Source: a virus
Virus genome (UHGV): UHGV-1351408
Length of the DNA: 64,000 bases
Strand: one strand, 5' to 3'
In this document: in pieces, positions 46,897 through 56,607 of the stretch
Position numbering within the stretch: position 1 is the stretch's first letter
How the letters are laid out: each line of letters begins with the position of its first letter
Translations under genes and position numbers: made by a program
Notes under the pieces: model-generated
Databases searched by the model: none
Told to the model about the DNA's origin: nothing
The model's input: the letters and a program-made list of their open reading frames with translations, nothing else

Positions 46897-48312
46897 TTAC
46901 CAGATGTAACGGTCAAGCATTACTGCTTTGAGCATTACGCTGATTGGGTCAAACTTCTCACCACCAAGCAGAGCTTTTAAAGTGGCTGGAGAGAACCCTG
47001 ATACCATTGCTACACCATTATCCTTAACAGATACTTCGCAAGTACCATTACGGTTTGCTAAGTACCAGAATACTAGTTGTGGCATTTCGTATCCAGCTTT
47101 TTTGTACTTACTCTGAATTGCTTCAAAGTTTGTACGACCATTTGCACCATCAACCTGATTAAACTCCATATCAGAGAAGATAATAAGCTTACTTGGCATA
47201 TCTTTCTGAGTCAAGTTGTTTCTCTTACCTGTTTCAAGAATGCGGTCAAAAGCTGCTTGTAAGTTAGTTGAGCCATATTCAACGTGTCGCATCACCTGAC
47301 GATGACGGTTTCGTAAATCACCACTCAGTTCGATGAAGTGAGGGTTTGTTGAATAAACCATTAACTCATTCTTAAAGCAACCTGTATTGCGTTCTGCTAC
47401 ATACAAGGCAAGTGATACACCAATATCCAGAGCAGTAATGGAGCCAAAATTCACCCAAGACATTGAACTTGATACATCAGACATACACAAGATGTTTTCA
47501 CCTTCTGCCATCCAGTTTGGTAGTGCTTTCCACTGCTCATTAGCAACATCTGCATTACCATACTTGACAGATTTAATCACATCGTATGGGTAAACAGCAC
47601 CAGCGTTAATCTTAGTCTCACCTTTTGATAAGGACTCGATGTAAGCTTTGTAACGCTCTCCATCTTTACGGTTAAACAGTTTTTGGTAACGTGCAGCAGC
47701 AAGTGAAGGAATCTTACTGTAGTCAATCTTACCAAACTCATTAGCAGAGATTTTTTGCTCAACTGTATCAGATAGTGCAGACAACAGTGTGCGGTACTCT
47801 TTCTCACTCAAGTTGGCAAACTTGCAGAAACGTTTTACAAACTGCTTATGACGTGGTTTGACTCGTGGCAACCACTTAGCCGCCAAACCTGCTGTTGCAG
47901 GGTCTAGTAATGCTGCTTCTAAATGTTTGAAGGCATCTGTCTCGAAACGAGTACCTACGAAGATTTTGAAGTCATCAAAACGACCAAGTTCTGCAATCTT
48001 ATCCATAATGCGAAGAACCTGCGTAGACTCTAAAACTTTGTCTTCAATTGCTTGAAGCAAAACAGTTCTGAAGGCTTTACGCTCACCCATACCTTCTCGT
48101 ACATCTCGCATATGAAGCAAAATACGAACTGCAACATCAACATCCTCACGCAAAGCTTTGTAGAACAGGTCTGGTAAGATTTCTACGTTGCTACGGCTTG
48201 AACCAGCAGCTTTGTAAAAGTCTACAAGAGCAGACATTGATGAAGTATGGTTTACAGCACCATTTTCAGTTCGACCTGCATGAAGGTGCGCATGTTTAAA
48301 TAATTCGCTCAT
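46897..48312 (-). CDS. vWA-domain protein with MIDAS motif (possibly Ro60/TROVE-like)
   Basis: 471 aa; helical N-terminal part; C-terminal vWA features: DxSxS (CMSDVSSSMS), later STN and FSDME. Confidence 0.6.
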   Translation of the reverse strand: MSELFKHAHLHAGRTENGAVNHTSSMSALVDFYKAAGSSRSNVEILPDLFYKALREDVDVAVRILLHMRDVREGMGERKAFRTVLLQAIEDKVLESTQVLRIMDKIAELGRFDDFKIFVGTRFETDAFKHLEAALLDPATAGLAAKWLPRVKPRHKQFVKRFCKFANLSEKEYRTLLSALSDTVEQKISANEFGKIDYSKIPSLAAARYQKLFNRKDGERYKAYIESLSKGETKINAGAVYPYDVIKSVKYGNADVANEQWKALPNWMAEGENILCMSDVSSSMSWVNFGSITALDIGVSLALYVAERNTGCFKNELMVYSTNPHFIELSGDLRNRHRQVMRHVEYGSTNLQAAFDRILETGKRNNLTQKDMPSKLIIFSDMEFNQVDGANGRTNFEAIQSKYKKAGYEMPQLVFWYLANRNGTCEVSVKDNGVAMVSGFSPATLKALLGGEKFDPISVMLKAVMLDRYIW

Positions 48313-48393
48313 ATTTTACTCTCTTCTCTCATTTGTTTGTTGATGTGACAGACTTTAGAGCAACTTTGTAGAGTCTGTCAACACCTTTTAAGA

Positions 48394-48765
48394 TTATTTT
48401 TTGAGAGTCGCTACAGCAGAGAACGTTGGTTTGTTATCTGTCTGTTGTTGACCACCATTATCAGGAGTCTTCTTAGTGTCTGCTGCAAGTGCTTTCATCT
48501 CACCTGCTGAGTGAGTAAAGATAGTTTTACCGACCTCAATCATACTCTTGATGGTTACGTCATCTGTGTTTAACCCGAACTCTGCAAGCTTAGCCGCGTC
48601 CCTTGTAACAATCGCCTCAAACAGCTTTGCAGCGAACTCAGCAGAATTATCAATGGTCAGTTGAGCTTTTACGAGCGAGCTTTTGTTACGAGAGCCTTTT
48701 GGTCTTCCAGATGGGTTTCCAGACTGGCCTTTTTTAAACTGGCCTTTGTTTGTTCTGTTTTTCAT
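48394..48765 (-). CDS. hypothetical basic protein with AT-hook-like GNPSGRPKG motif
   Basis: 123 aa. Confidence 0.5.
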   Translation of the reverse strand: MKNRTNKGQFKKGQSGNPSGRPKGSRNKSSLVKAQLTIDNSAEFAAKLFEAIVTRDAAKLAEFGLNTDDVTIKSMIEVGKTIFTHSAGEMKALAADTKKTPDNGGQQQTDNKPTFSAVATLKK

Positions 48766-48893
48766 TGGTATGCCTCTTATAAGACCTCTTAAAAGGCTTT
48801 TAAGATAAAAGATAGATATCCAGAAAGATATCTGTTTAAATAGCCTTTTTAGAGGAACCTTTTAAGTTATCTTCTAAGTATTTATAAGCCTAC

Positions 48894-48916
48894 ACCTTGT
48901 CAAGTACTTTGTCAAC
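48894..48916. promoter_or_regulatory. second copy of 23-bp motif ACCTTGTCAAGTACTTTGTCAAC
   Basis: Differs at one position from 6611-6633; divergent intergenic region upstream of the 49-57 kb plus-strand block. Confidence 0.4.
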
Positions 48917-49014
48917 AACTTTTTTAACTTGTAATAGTTCTTGACTTGTTGTATGGATTACTGTACCATCTTACTTAAAGCTGTAGGTCTGCCTTGTTCT
49001 ACAAAGGAGACTTA

Positions 49015-49176
49015 ATGAGAAAATCAAATAAACCGAAGAAAGGTAAGAATACCAATCACTGTAAGGAATCAAAAAGGGTAGAGTTACTCTACTATTCATC
49101 CTCTGAAATTGGTCTGTACCTGTTCTTTCAAAATTACAGAAGACAAGAGGATTATCTATGTGTAGTTCCCAATTAG
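49015..49176 (+). CDS. small hypothetical protein
   Basis: ORF 48994-49176; start at MRKSNK after AAAGGAGA RBS. Confidence 0.35.
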   Translation: MRKSNKPKKGKNTNHCKESKRVELLYYSSSEIGLYLFFQNYRRQEDYLCVVPN

Positions 49177-49391
49177 AAATCGCAGATATTATAGATTTAT
49201 ATCAAACTGCAAAGAGTCATGGTTATATAACCTCAATTGGAAAGAATAGTCACTATGATGCTTTGACTGGAATGTATTTCAGGGCAATGGCTCAATCTAG
49301 TGAACAACACTTAATGGTTTCTTCCAGTGAGTTTACTTCGTTTCTCTATTGCAGCAAAATCATAAATCGCAGGAGAACTGAAAAATGTTAA
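49158..49391 (+). CDS. hypothetical protein
   Basis: 77 aa. Confidence 0.4.
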   Translation: MCSSQLEIADIIDLYQTAKSHGYITSIGKNSHYDALTGMYFRAMAQSSEQHLMVSSSEFTSFLYCSKIINRRRTEKC

Positions 49392-49975
49392 CAGTAACTT
49401 TTAATTACAATAGTGACGGCTCTGTATCAATTAATTCACCGTATGCTAATGACCTCTTGAAAGAGTTAGTTAACCAGTGTGACAGAGGTCTTTTCTATGT
49501 TCAAAACTCTTTTAAACAAAAGACCATTGCTAATAATTTGATGCGCGTAACAGTGACTGCATCTAATCCAAACTATGACTTTGATAGTGAAAGTCCATAT
49601 TCATTAGTTGCTCTTGGAGAGTCTAGTCAATTTAAACTTGTATGCCATGACTCAGAAACATTTCTTAAGGTATTTTCCAACCTTATTCACAATAATAAGT
49701 ATAGTTACGTTGATGGGAGTGTGAACTTCTATCCAGCAAACTATACCTGTTTATTGGTTGATAATATGAGAAAGAGTAAGCAAGAGCCTACAGAAATTTC
49801 ATTTGATGTGAACTCTAGTCCAGATGCAGAAACAAGTAACAGCTTTGATATGGATTATGCGCTATCGCTTAGTAAAAAATCCGAGTTCATTGATTATGTC
49901 AATGGATTTGGTTTTAAGTTTGATGAGAGTATGAATCTCAAAAAACTTAAGAACCTACTTAAGACTAAAGCTTAA
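49385..49975 (+). CDS. hypothetical protein
   Basis: 196 aa; GGAGAA RBS. Confidence 0.55.
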   Translation: MLTVTFNYNSDGSVSINSPYANDLLKELVNQCDRGLFYVQNSFKQKTIANNLMRVTVTASNPNYDFDSESPYSLVALGESSQFKLVCHDSETFLKVFSNLIHNNKYSYVDGSVNFYPANYTCLLVDNMRKSKQEPTEISFDVNSSPDAETSNSFDMDYALSLSKKSEFIDYVNGFGFKFDESMNLKKLKNLLKTKA

Positions 49976-50022
49976 GTGTAGATAGGGGTTATTACCCCTT
50001 TTACTATTTATAAGGATATTTA

Positions 50023-50394
50023 ATGAAGGCTAAGAGTGCAAAAGACTTTTACTGCTTCCTACAATCCTACATCAATTCTGTGAAAAATGGTGAGCGATAT
50101 AATCTTAATGATGTTATCCCAACACCTTTGACATGGAGACTAAGTAAATGGCCTGAAGAAGATATCACATCGACGAGTGAACAACCTGCCTACAACCCTG
50201 AAATGCACATCCCAGATTCTGAAAACCTATTATATCCAATGTTTCATATTGTTGGTCTTGGTAGATTTCTTATGGATATTCAATATGTGATTGGTAAGGG
50301 TTATGAGATTAAAGGTATTGTTGTTGGTGATGTATCTTCACATCATAAAGGTTATTTTAGATTAAACGCACATTTAGAGGCTAAAAAGAAATGA
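50023..50394 (+). CDS. hypothetical protein, paralog of the N-terminal domain of the next gene
   Basis: 123 aa; shares FMDLQYAI and NAKLKDA motifs with the N-terminus of 50391-51524. Confidence 0.55.
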   Translation: MKAKSAKDFYCFLQSYINSVKNGERYNLNDVIPTPLTWRLSKWPEEDITSTSEQPAYNPEMHIPDSENLLYPMFHIVGLGRFLMDIQYVIGKGYEIKGIVVGDVSSHHKGYFRLNAHLEAKKK

Positions 50395-51524
50395 TTAAAG
50401 CAAAAACTTACCCAGACTTCAAAGAGTTTGTGAAGGGCTTCATTGCAAACGTAAAGGCTGGTAAGAGATATGATTTTAGAACATATCAAGAAGCTATTTT
50501 ACCGCTTACCTATAGTTCATATTGGCCTGAAGCTGATATCGCAGAAGTTGAGAAGTTTGACTACAAGCCAGACTACAAAGTTCCTTTTAGTGATGAATTG
50601 CTTTACAGTGTTGGTGCACAGATGAGAACTGCTGATTTCTTCATGGATTTGCAGTATGCAATCATCAATGGTAAAGATGTTGACACAATTTACTGTGAAT
50701 GGTTGGCAAGAGTTAAGCCGTTCTCAATGTTGAATGCTAAGTTGAAGGATGCTATCAAGCCACCATCAATTACTCAGCAACCAACCAATCAAACAGTAAA
50801 TGAAGGTGGTACACTTACCCTAAGTATTATTGCAACTAATGCCACTGGATATCAATGGAAGAAGGATGGTGAGGACATCTCCAGTGCCACTTCTGCAACT
50901 TACACAAAACAATCTGTAGTACCTGCCGATGCTGGTTCATATACTTGTGTTGTATCTGGAGAGGCTGGGACAAGTGTTACTTCAGACGCAGCAACAGTTA
51001 CCGTTAACGCACTACCTGTTATTACCAAGCAACCTTCTAGCCAGACCATCAATGAGGGTGGAAACATTAGCTTGGAAGTGACTGCCACAGGTGCAACGGG
51101 CTATCAGTGGAAGAAAGATGGCTCTAATATTCCTTCAGCTACAAATGCTACTTATAGCAAGTCTGGTGCACTACCAGCAGATGCAGGTTCATATACTTGC
51201 GTTGTAACGGGTGCAGGTGGTTCCGTTACTTCTAGCCCTGCAACAGTAACTGTTAAAGCACTTCCGGTAATCACTCAACAGCCAACTAATCAAGAAATCA
51301 CTGAAGGTGAGGTATTGACACTCAACGTTGTGGCAACAGGTGCAACGGGTTATCAGTGGAAGAAGGGTGAGGAAAACATCCCAGACGCAACGACTGCAAC
51401 TTACACCAAAGAAGGTGCAACTGCTGCTGATGCAGGAAGCTACACTTGCGTAGTGACTGGTGCAGGTGGCTCTGTAACATCTAATGCGGCAACAGTTACA
51501 GTTAACCCAACAGGGGAGGCATAA
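50391..51524 (+). CDS. Ig-like domain protein with three tandem ~83-aa repeats
   Basis: 377 aa; repeats ITQQPTNQ..GYQWKKDGE..AGSYTCVV x3, also tandem at DNA level. Confidence 0.6.
   Translation: MIKAKTYPDFKEFVKGFIANVKAGKRYDFRTYQEAILPLTYSSYWPEADIAEVEKFDYKPDYKVPFSDELLYSVGAQMRTADFFMDLQYAIINGKDVDTIYCEWLARVKPFSMLNAKLKDAIKPPSITQQPTNQTVNEGGTLTLSIIATNATGYQWKKDGEDISSATSATYTKQSVVPADAGSYTCVVSGEAGTSVTSDAATVTVNALPVITKQPSSQTINEGGNISLEVTATGATGYQWKKDGSNIPSATNATYSKSGALPADAGSYTCVVTGAGGSVTSSPATVTVKALPVITQQPTNQEITEGEVLTLNVVATGATGYQWKKGEENIPDATTATYTKEGATAADAGSYTCVVTGAGGSVTSNAATVTVNPTGEA
50760..51506 (+). repeat. three tandem ~249-bp DNA repeats encoding the Ig-like domains
   Basis: Copies at about 50760-51010, 51011-51258, 51259-51506. 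Confidence 0.6.
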
Positions 51525-51988
51525 TGCAACTCTCAAGAAAAGGTTTAGATGCCATTAAGTTCTTTGAAGGTCTGAAGTTAGAGGCTTACAAAGACTCTGC
51601 CGGAATCCCAACAATCGGGTACGGTACAATCCGTATTGACGGAAAACCTGTTAAGATGGGTATGAAAATTACTGCTGAACAAGCTGAACAGTATCTTCTC
51701 GCAGATGTTGAAAAGTTTGTTGCAGCAGTGAACAAAGCTATCAAGGTTCCAACTTCTCAGAATGAGTTCGATGCACTTGTAAGTGAAACATACAACATCG
51801 GTATCACAGCTATGCAGGACTCTACATTTATCAAGCGCCACAATGCTGGTAATAAAGTAGGTTGTGCAGAAGCTATGCAGTGGTGGAACAAGATTACAGT
51901 CAAAGGTGAGAAGGTCACTTCAAACGGTCTGAAAAATAGACGAAGAATGGAAGCTGACATTTATCTTGACAGTGTATATCCAAAGTAA
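51524..51988 (+). CDS. endolysin, GH24 lysozyme family (T4 e-like)
   Basis: N-terminus FFEGLKLEAYKDSAGIPTIGYGT matches T4 lysozyme [21 protein letters not shown] including catalytic Glu/Asp/Thr positions. Confidence 0.8.
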   Translation: MQLSRKGLDAIKFFEGLKLEAYKDSAGIPTIGYGTIRIDGKPVKMGMKITAEQAEQYLLADVEKFVAAVNKAIKVPTSQNEFDALVSETYNIGITAMQDSTFIKRHNAGNKVGCAEAMQWWNKITVKGEKVTSNGLKNRRRMEADIYLDSVYPK

Positions 51989-51997
51989 TATCTTCAT

Positions 51998-52025
51998 AGG
52001 CTCCTTCGGGAGCCTTTTTTATTTT
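51998..52025 (+). terminator. rho-independent terminator after endolysin
   Basis: AGGCTCC-TTCG-GGAGCCT followed by TTTTTTATTTT. Confidence 0.65.
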
Positions 52026-52039
52026 CTAAGGAGAAAGCT

Positions 52040-52438
52040 ATGAAACTTTGGGCTAGTGACTTTGGGACTTTTAAGTACACCCGTAATGGCTCGCTTGTAC
52101 GCATTGTTGGAAATAATGTAGTTTCAAGAGGTGACAAGGTGTATACACGGTTTACTGTAGAGCTTGTTGAACTGTCACCTATTGAGTCTGTTAACAATGG
52201 TCTATTCAAGTTTGAGACTTACAATGTCAATGAGCATGGACAATTCAACCCTCTTGGCGAAAGTGGACTTGATATTATTTCAGAGCACCCATTGACAAAA
52301 GAGCAACTTGCAGGTTACTATAAAACTGTTCTGGAAAGGCAGTTAGCAACACATGAACAAGAAGCTAACTACCATCTACAGCATTGCGAAAATTTAAGAG
52401 CAAAAATTGAACAAGCAGAGAGAGGTTTTTATGAATAA
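52040..52438 (+). CDS. hypothetical protein
   Basis: 132 aa; AAGGAGA RBS. Confidence 0.5.
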   Translation: MKLWASDFGTFKYTRNGSLVRIVGNNVVSRGDKVYTRFTVELVELSPIESVNNGLFKFETYNVNEHGQFNPLGESGLDIISEHPLTKEQLAGYYKTVLERQLATHEQEANYHLQHCENLRAKIEQAERGFYE

Positions 52439-52820
52439 AGAGATTCAAGTAAAAGTTGACACGTTTGGGCATGATGGTCGTGAAGACGCTGGTCTTGCTG
52501 ATGCAGTAATTTTTGAGTGTAATGGTAATATCAGCCTTCGTTTTACAGGCTCAGGTAGCACACTACGTAGGATGCGAGATGATGCAGATGGATGCCCTGT
52601 ATTTGGTTGGTATGACATGGAGTTCCCACTTTATGCAATCCATTATCCAGATGGTGGGGAAGACTGGACAACTCAATCAATCCGTGATGAGCTTAACGGC
52701 ATTCCGGTTGAGCCAGAAGAGAAAGAGCCTGTTGAACTGACCTTTACATTCATCAAAGAGGAGAAGGTAGGTGATTTGTCAGTAACTGAAGCAATTCAAG
52801 TCTCACAGGTTATCCGTTAA
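52431..52820 (+). CDS. hypothetical protein
   Basis: ORF 52407-52820; start at MNKEIQ. Confidence 0.45.
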   Translation: MNKEIQVKVDTFGHDGREDAGLADAVIFECNGNISLRFTGSGSTLRRMRDDADGCPVFGWYDMEFPLYAIHYPDGGEDWTTQSIRDELNGIPVEPEEKEPVELTFTFIKEEKVGDLSVTEAIQVSQVIR

Positions 52821-53113
52821 TGAGCAAAGTACAGGTTATTTTCCCTATTTGTGACTTCTCACTAGAGCGTGAACTTGACCTGTACGAAGAAATTACTGAC
52901 GAAATCATCTGGTCTGTTGTAGAAGAGGCTATCAAGAAACTGTATGGTGGCCTCTTAAACCCATCAAGTAAAAAGCTCACTACTAAGCAAGTAGCTGATA
53001 CGTACACTTCATACGATGCCTACAACAAGCCTTTTGAAAATACCTGCTTTGACCTTATGGTAGGCAATAATAAAGTCAACTATTTCTTCGTCAGAGAGTT
53101 TAACGATGAGTAA
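52820..53113 (+). CDS. hypothetical protein
   Basis: 97 aa. Confidence 0.5.
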   Translation: MSKVQVIFPICDFSLERELDLYEEITDEIIWSVVEEAIKKLYGGLLNPSSKKLTTKQVADTYTSYDAYNKPFENTCFDLMVGNNKVNYFFVREFNDE

Positions 53114-53450
53114 GCTCCATGTCGTAGTCTACAAAAACTTCTCAGATATCAAAGAGTCTTTAACCAATAAGCTTGACATGCAACGGAAAAGACTCTTTTT
53201 AATGTACGATATTGACAACTACAACCATCCTAAAGAGTTCAACTACAAAGATGGTACAAAGGTTGTAGAATTTGAAGATTCTGTAACAGTGTATGTCAAA
53301 CATGACTTACCAGCAAAGTACATAGGGATGTTAGAATACTATATATTCAAACATACAGGTATGCGTGGTGAATCTGTAAAGATATCTTCTGTAGAAGTTT
53401 TTGAGAAACCTAACACACAACTTAAAAAGTATTTAATGAGGAAACTGTAA
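53106..53450 (+). CDS. hypothetical protein
   Basis: 114 aa. Confidence 0.5.
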   Translation: MSKLHVVVYKNFSDIKESLTNKLDMQRKRLFLMYDIDNYNHPKEFNYKDGTKVVEFEDSVTVYVKHDLPAKYIGMLEYYIFKHTGMRGESVKISSVEVFEKPNTQLKKYLMRKL

Positions 53451-54040
53451 TGTCCGAAGAGCAACAGAATATTACCCCACAAGTAACACTAGTCCAACAT
53501 TTTGGGAACATTGAAGGTTGTGTTGCACTTTTTCAACCAAGTATCAATTCTCCTGCAAAAGTCTGTAAGTTGACTATGAATGTCAACAATATCAGTGTTT
53601 GCCTTGTTGATGAAGTACAATACTTCAAATTCAATGACAGAGAGGTTGATGCTGCACTATTGAAGTATCGAGCGAGCCTCGAAAAAGACATTGACCACAA
53701 AGAACTTGTAACACTGTTTGGTGACCTTCACAAGCTTCTTGAAAAGGTTATTAAGCGTACATACTACATGAACAATGGTTCAATTGTCACAACTTTGATT
53801 TCTCCATGTATCTCAGAGCCAATTCTGACTGATGAAGGTGGATTCTACGTAGTGGCATCAGCAGATTCTGATTGGTGGATGAAAAATACAGCACTTAAGA
53901 CGGTTATTGAGGCTATTCGTGAGCATATCCCTTCATTCAGCCCGTGGAAAGGTAAAGGTGATGACTTTATCGCATTGTTGAGCGAAGAAAGTAGCAAACG
54001 TAGTGCATTAATGCCTAAGAAATACTCTTGCCGAGTATAA
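53450..54040 (+). CDS. hypothetical protein
   Basis: 196 aa. Confidence 0.5.
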   Translation: MSEEQQNITPQVTLVQHFGNIEGCVALFQPSINSPAKVCKLTMNVNNISVCLVDEVQYFKFNDREVDAALLKYRASLEKDIDHKELVTLFGDLHKLLEKVIKRTYYMNNGSIVTTLISPCISEPILTDEGGFYVVASADSDWWMKNTALKTVIEAIREHIPSFSPWKGKGDDFIALLSEESSKRSALMPKKYSCRV

Positions 54041-54102
54041 AATATTGACTATAATGGGAGCTATCGAGAGGTAGTTCCCTTTTTAGTTTCTGGAGAATAG
54101 AT

Positions 54103-54648
54103 ATGCCTAAAGTAAAAGAACACGATAAAATTATTCTGTATGTTAAACAAAACCCTTTGAAGAGTGTTGAGGCTGTTGTGACATATGTCTCACACAATGG
54201 TACAGTCTATTTTCGACCACTGAAGAACTTAGACTTTGATACTACACCAAACCACACATTTAGTACTTCTGCAAGACTGTGTGCAGGAACTGTATACTCA
54301 ACCGCTGAGATTGAGTCCTTAGCTTTCACAGGTGCTTACAAGAACTTTATAGGGATTGCTTTAAAGGACTCTGAAGAAACTTTTAAGTTTTTCATGGAAA
54401 CTAATAAGGGCTGTTATGCACATACTATGCCAGTTTTTAAGAGGGTTGGTACAGAGCTTGCTAGTAAGTGCGAAGAAATTAGCAGTGACCTGAAGGAACT
54501 TAAAGCATCGGTGCAGAATGCTGTTTACATCATTGAAAGGAACCACTTAGAAGCTCTTTTCAGAGATATGTTGAAAGCAGGGTTTACTCCAAATGAAATC
54601 ACAAGAGAGACTCAACGTCAGTTCAGAAACGCTATGGTGAAAGAATGA
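54103..54648 (+). CDS. hypothetical protein
   Basis: 181 aa; GGAGAA RBS. Confidence 0.5.
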   Translation: MPKVKEHDKIILYVKQNPLKSVEAVVTYVSHNGTVYFRPLKNLDFDTTPNHTFSTSARLCAGTVYSTAEIESLAFTGAYKNFIGIALKDSEETFKFFMETNKGCYAHTMPVFKRVGTELASKCEEISSDLKELKASVQNAVYIIERNHLEALFRDMLKAGFTPNEITRETQRQFRNAMVKE

Positions 54649-54863
54649 AAAAACTAACTACAGTTGAAGATTACTACAAGCTGTCCCTATTAGAACAATA
54701 TCGTAGGAGTCAGAATATCAGAAAATGCTATGGTAAACACGCTGAAGGTGACTTTTACCGTTGCTACGATGCAGATTTAAAAGGTGTAACACCTAGAGGG
54801 AAAGTCCTGCAAAGACTTGTTGACCTTGAGTGGAACAAACGATTGAGAGGGGTTGGAAAATGA
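54645..54863 (+). CDS. hypothetical protein
   Basis: 72 aa. Confidence 0.45.
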   Translation: MKKLTTVEDYYKLSLLEQYRRSQNIRKCYGKHAEGDFYRCYDADLKGVTPRGKVLQRLVDLEWNKRLRGVGK

Positions 54864-55363
54864 TTTACGAAGAAAGATATAAAATAGATTATCAGGATAC
54901 TCGTCATCATACTTCTTTGAGAGTAACCAAACCAAATGGAGATACCGGTATCATAGCACATTTCGGTGGTGATTATTGGTACGGTACAGGTTGTTTTGAA
55001 GGCTACACTCAAGAATACTTGAAAGCTTTCTACAGAGATTTTACAAACGACTACAACAGAGTTGTTGACGAAAAGAATAAGTGCATTAAGCATGAACACC
55101 ATGCCAGAGGTTGTCTGAATATTGCTATGATACTGGTTTTCTTCTTAGCAACATTACTAGCCGTATCAGCAATCAGCTACATAGCTCAAGACTTGACTAT
55201 CACACAGATTACTGCAAAGGTATATGATGTTTGGTACTTGTATGCTGTTCCTTTAGCTGGTATCATCATCTCACTACTAAGATTCAGAGTTCATAAGAAA
55301 CGACTTAAGGACTCGGAGATTAAACTTGAAGAGGTAAGTAAAGAATGCAACCTACAATTATAG
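54860..55363 (+). CDS. membrane protein (two C-terminal TM segments)
   Basis: ORF 54830-55363; start at MIYEER; hydrophobic segments MILVFFLATLLAVSAISYI and YLYAVPLAGIIISLL. Confidence 0.45.
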   Translation: MIYEERYKIDYQDTRHHTSLRVTKPNGDTGIIAHFGGDYWYGTGCFEGYTQEYLKAFYRDFTNDYNRVVDEKNKCIKHEHHARGCLNIAMILVFFLATLLAVSAISYIAQDLTITQITAKVYDVWYLYAVPLAGIIISLLRFRVHKKRLKDSEIKLEEVSKECNLQL

Positions 55364-55439
55364 CTGTATGTGTTCGTTTTGCAATCGCTGAAATGATTAA
55401 CAAGGCAATCTTGAAAGATGCCTATGGAGAAACTAAGTA

Positions 55440-55664
55440 ATGATTAAGACACCTGTACCAATTTTTGGATTTCCTTCTATAGAAGAGTTTAAAGTTTATC
55501 TTGACAAAAACTTCTACAATGAGCAGCCTGTTACTTTGCTGAAGAGTGACTTATCAGAGCTTCTTGATATGGTTATCAAGGCAACTTCTGAGAAGGAGCC
55601 TGAGCAGAAAGCTGAGAAGAAGACTAGTAAGAAATCCGATAAAAAGGCTGAAAAGTCTGAGTAG
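55440..55664 (+). CDS. hypothetical protein
   Basis: 74 aa, Lys-rich C-terminus. Confidence 0.45.
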   Translation: MIKTPVPIFGFPSIEEFKVYLDKNFYNEQPVTLLKSDLSELLDMVIKATSEKEPEQKAEKKTSKKSDKKAEKSE

Positions 55665-55717
55665 TAACTTGAGGGGTTACTTGATAGCCCCTTCGTAGAA
55701 ACTTAGAAGGTAGCGAA

Positions 55718-56140
55718 ATGAAAGAGCTTATTGGTAAAAGATTGACAGTTTACTGCTCTAAAACAAAGAAACCACTCACTTCTGTGAAGGTTTTTGATGT
55801 TGACACCACTGGTGTAGAGTACCCAATCCAATGCACAATAATTACTCCATTCAATGCAGATGATATGGATTTTAAAGAGTGTGAAGTGATATCTTTTAAT
55901 GCTGATGGGTATTGGAGAGGTAAGTTAAACAAGCAATCAAAAGATTTTGATATGAAAATCCTTATCAATGAGGGCTATATCAGTGTAAAAGATATCCTCG
56001 TAGAAGCCTATGAAGAGGGTATAATAGATGTTGTGCAAGATGTTGAAAAAGCTTTAAAGCTTGTTATTCCACATTTAGAATCTGGAAAGCTGACTTTAGA
56101 GATGCTTAATAGGGTTATTCGGAGAGCTTATGAAAATTAA
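55718..56140 (+). CDS. hypothetical protein
   Basis: 140 aa. Confidence 0.5.
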   Translation: MKELIGKRLTVYCSKTKKPLTSVKVFDVDTTGVEYPIQCTIITPFNADDMDFKECEVISFNADGYWRGKLNKQSKDFDMKILINEGYISVKDILVEAYEEGIIDVVQDVEKALKLVIPHLESGKLTLEMLNRVIRRAYEN

Positions 56141-56594
56141 AGTAGTAGTTCAAAAAGCAATGCTTAACAATTCAACTAAAGATAAAATGTACAAAGAGAT
56201 TTGTGATAAGTTGAATTGTTCAAGACATGCTGCTAAGGCTCTTGTGCATTGCTTTATCTTGGAATGCTCAGAAGCTTATATGAAACATATAGCTTTTGAA
56301 AGTTCTAACTTACTAGGTGATGTAGAAGTTGGTGAGAAGCTAAAAGAACCTGAGATGAAAACAGTTCCTAAAGTTGGTAATGTATACCCTCTTAAAGATT
56401 TCAAGACTGGAAAGATTGTTGCAAAAGGTGTAGTAGAATCTGTTTATCACGATGGTAAATACTTACTTAAAATATTTGAGTATGATAGCCACTACACACA
56501 CTTATGTGGGATTACATTCTTAGTAACAGAAGAAGACCTCATTAAGAACAATGGCAACAAGTTTGCAGTTCCAGCTTACCAAGTTTTACGATAA
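56130..56594 (+). CDS. hypothetical protein
   Basis: 154 aa. Confidence 0.5.
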   Translation: MKIKVVVQKAMLNNSTKDKMYKEICDKLNCSRHAAKALVHCFILECSEAYMKHIAFESSNLLGDVEVGEKLKEPEMKTVPKVGNVYPLKDFKTGKIVAKGVVESVYHDGKYLLKIFEYDSHYTHLCGITFLVTEEDLIKNNGNKFAVPAYQVLR

Positions 56595-56607
56595 TGGTGT
56601 GATAGAT

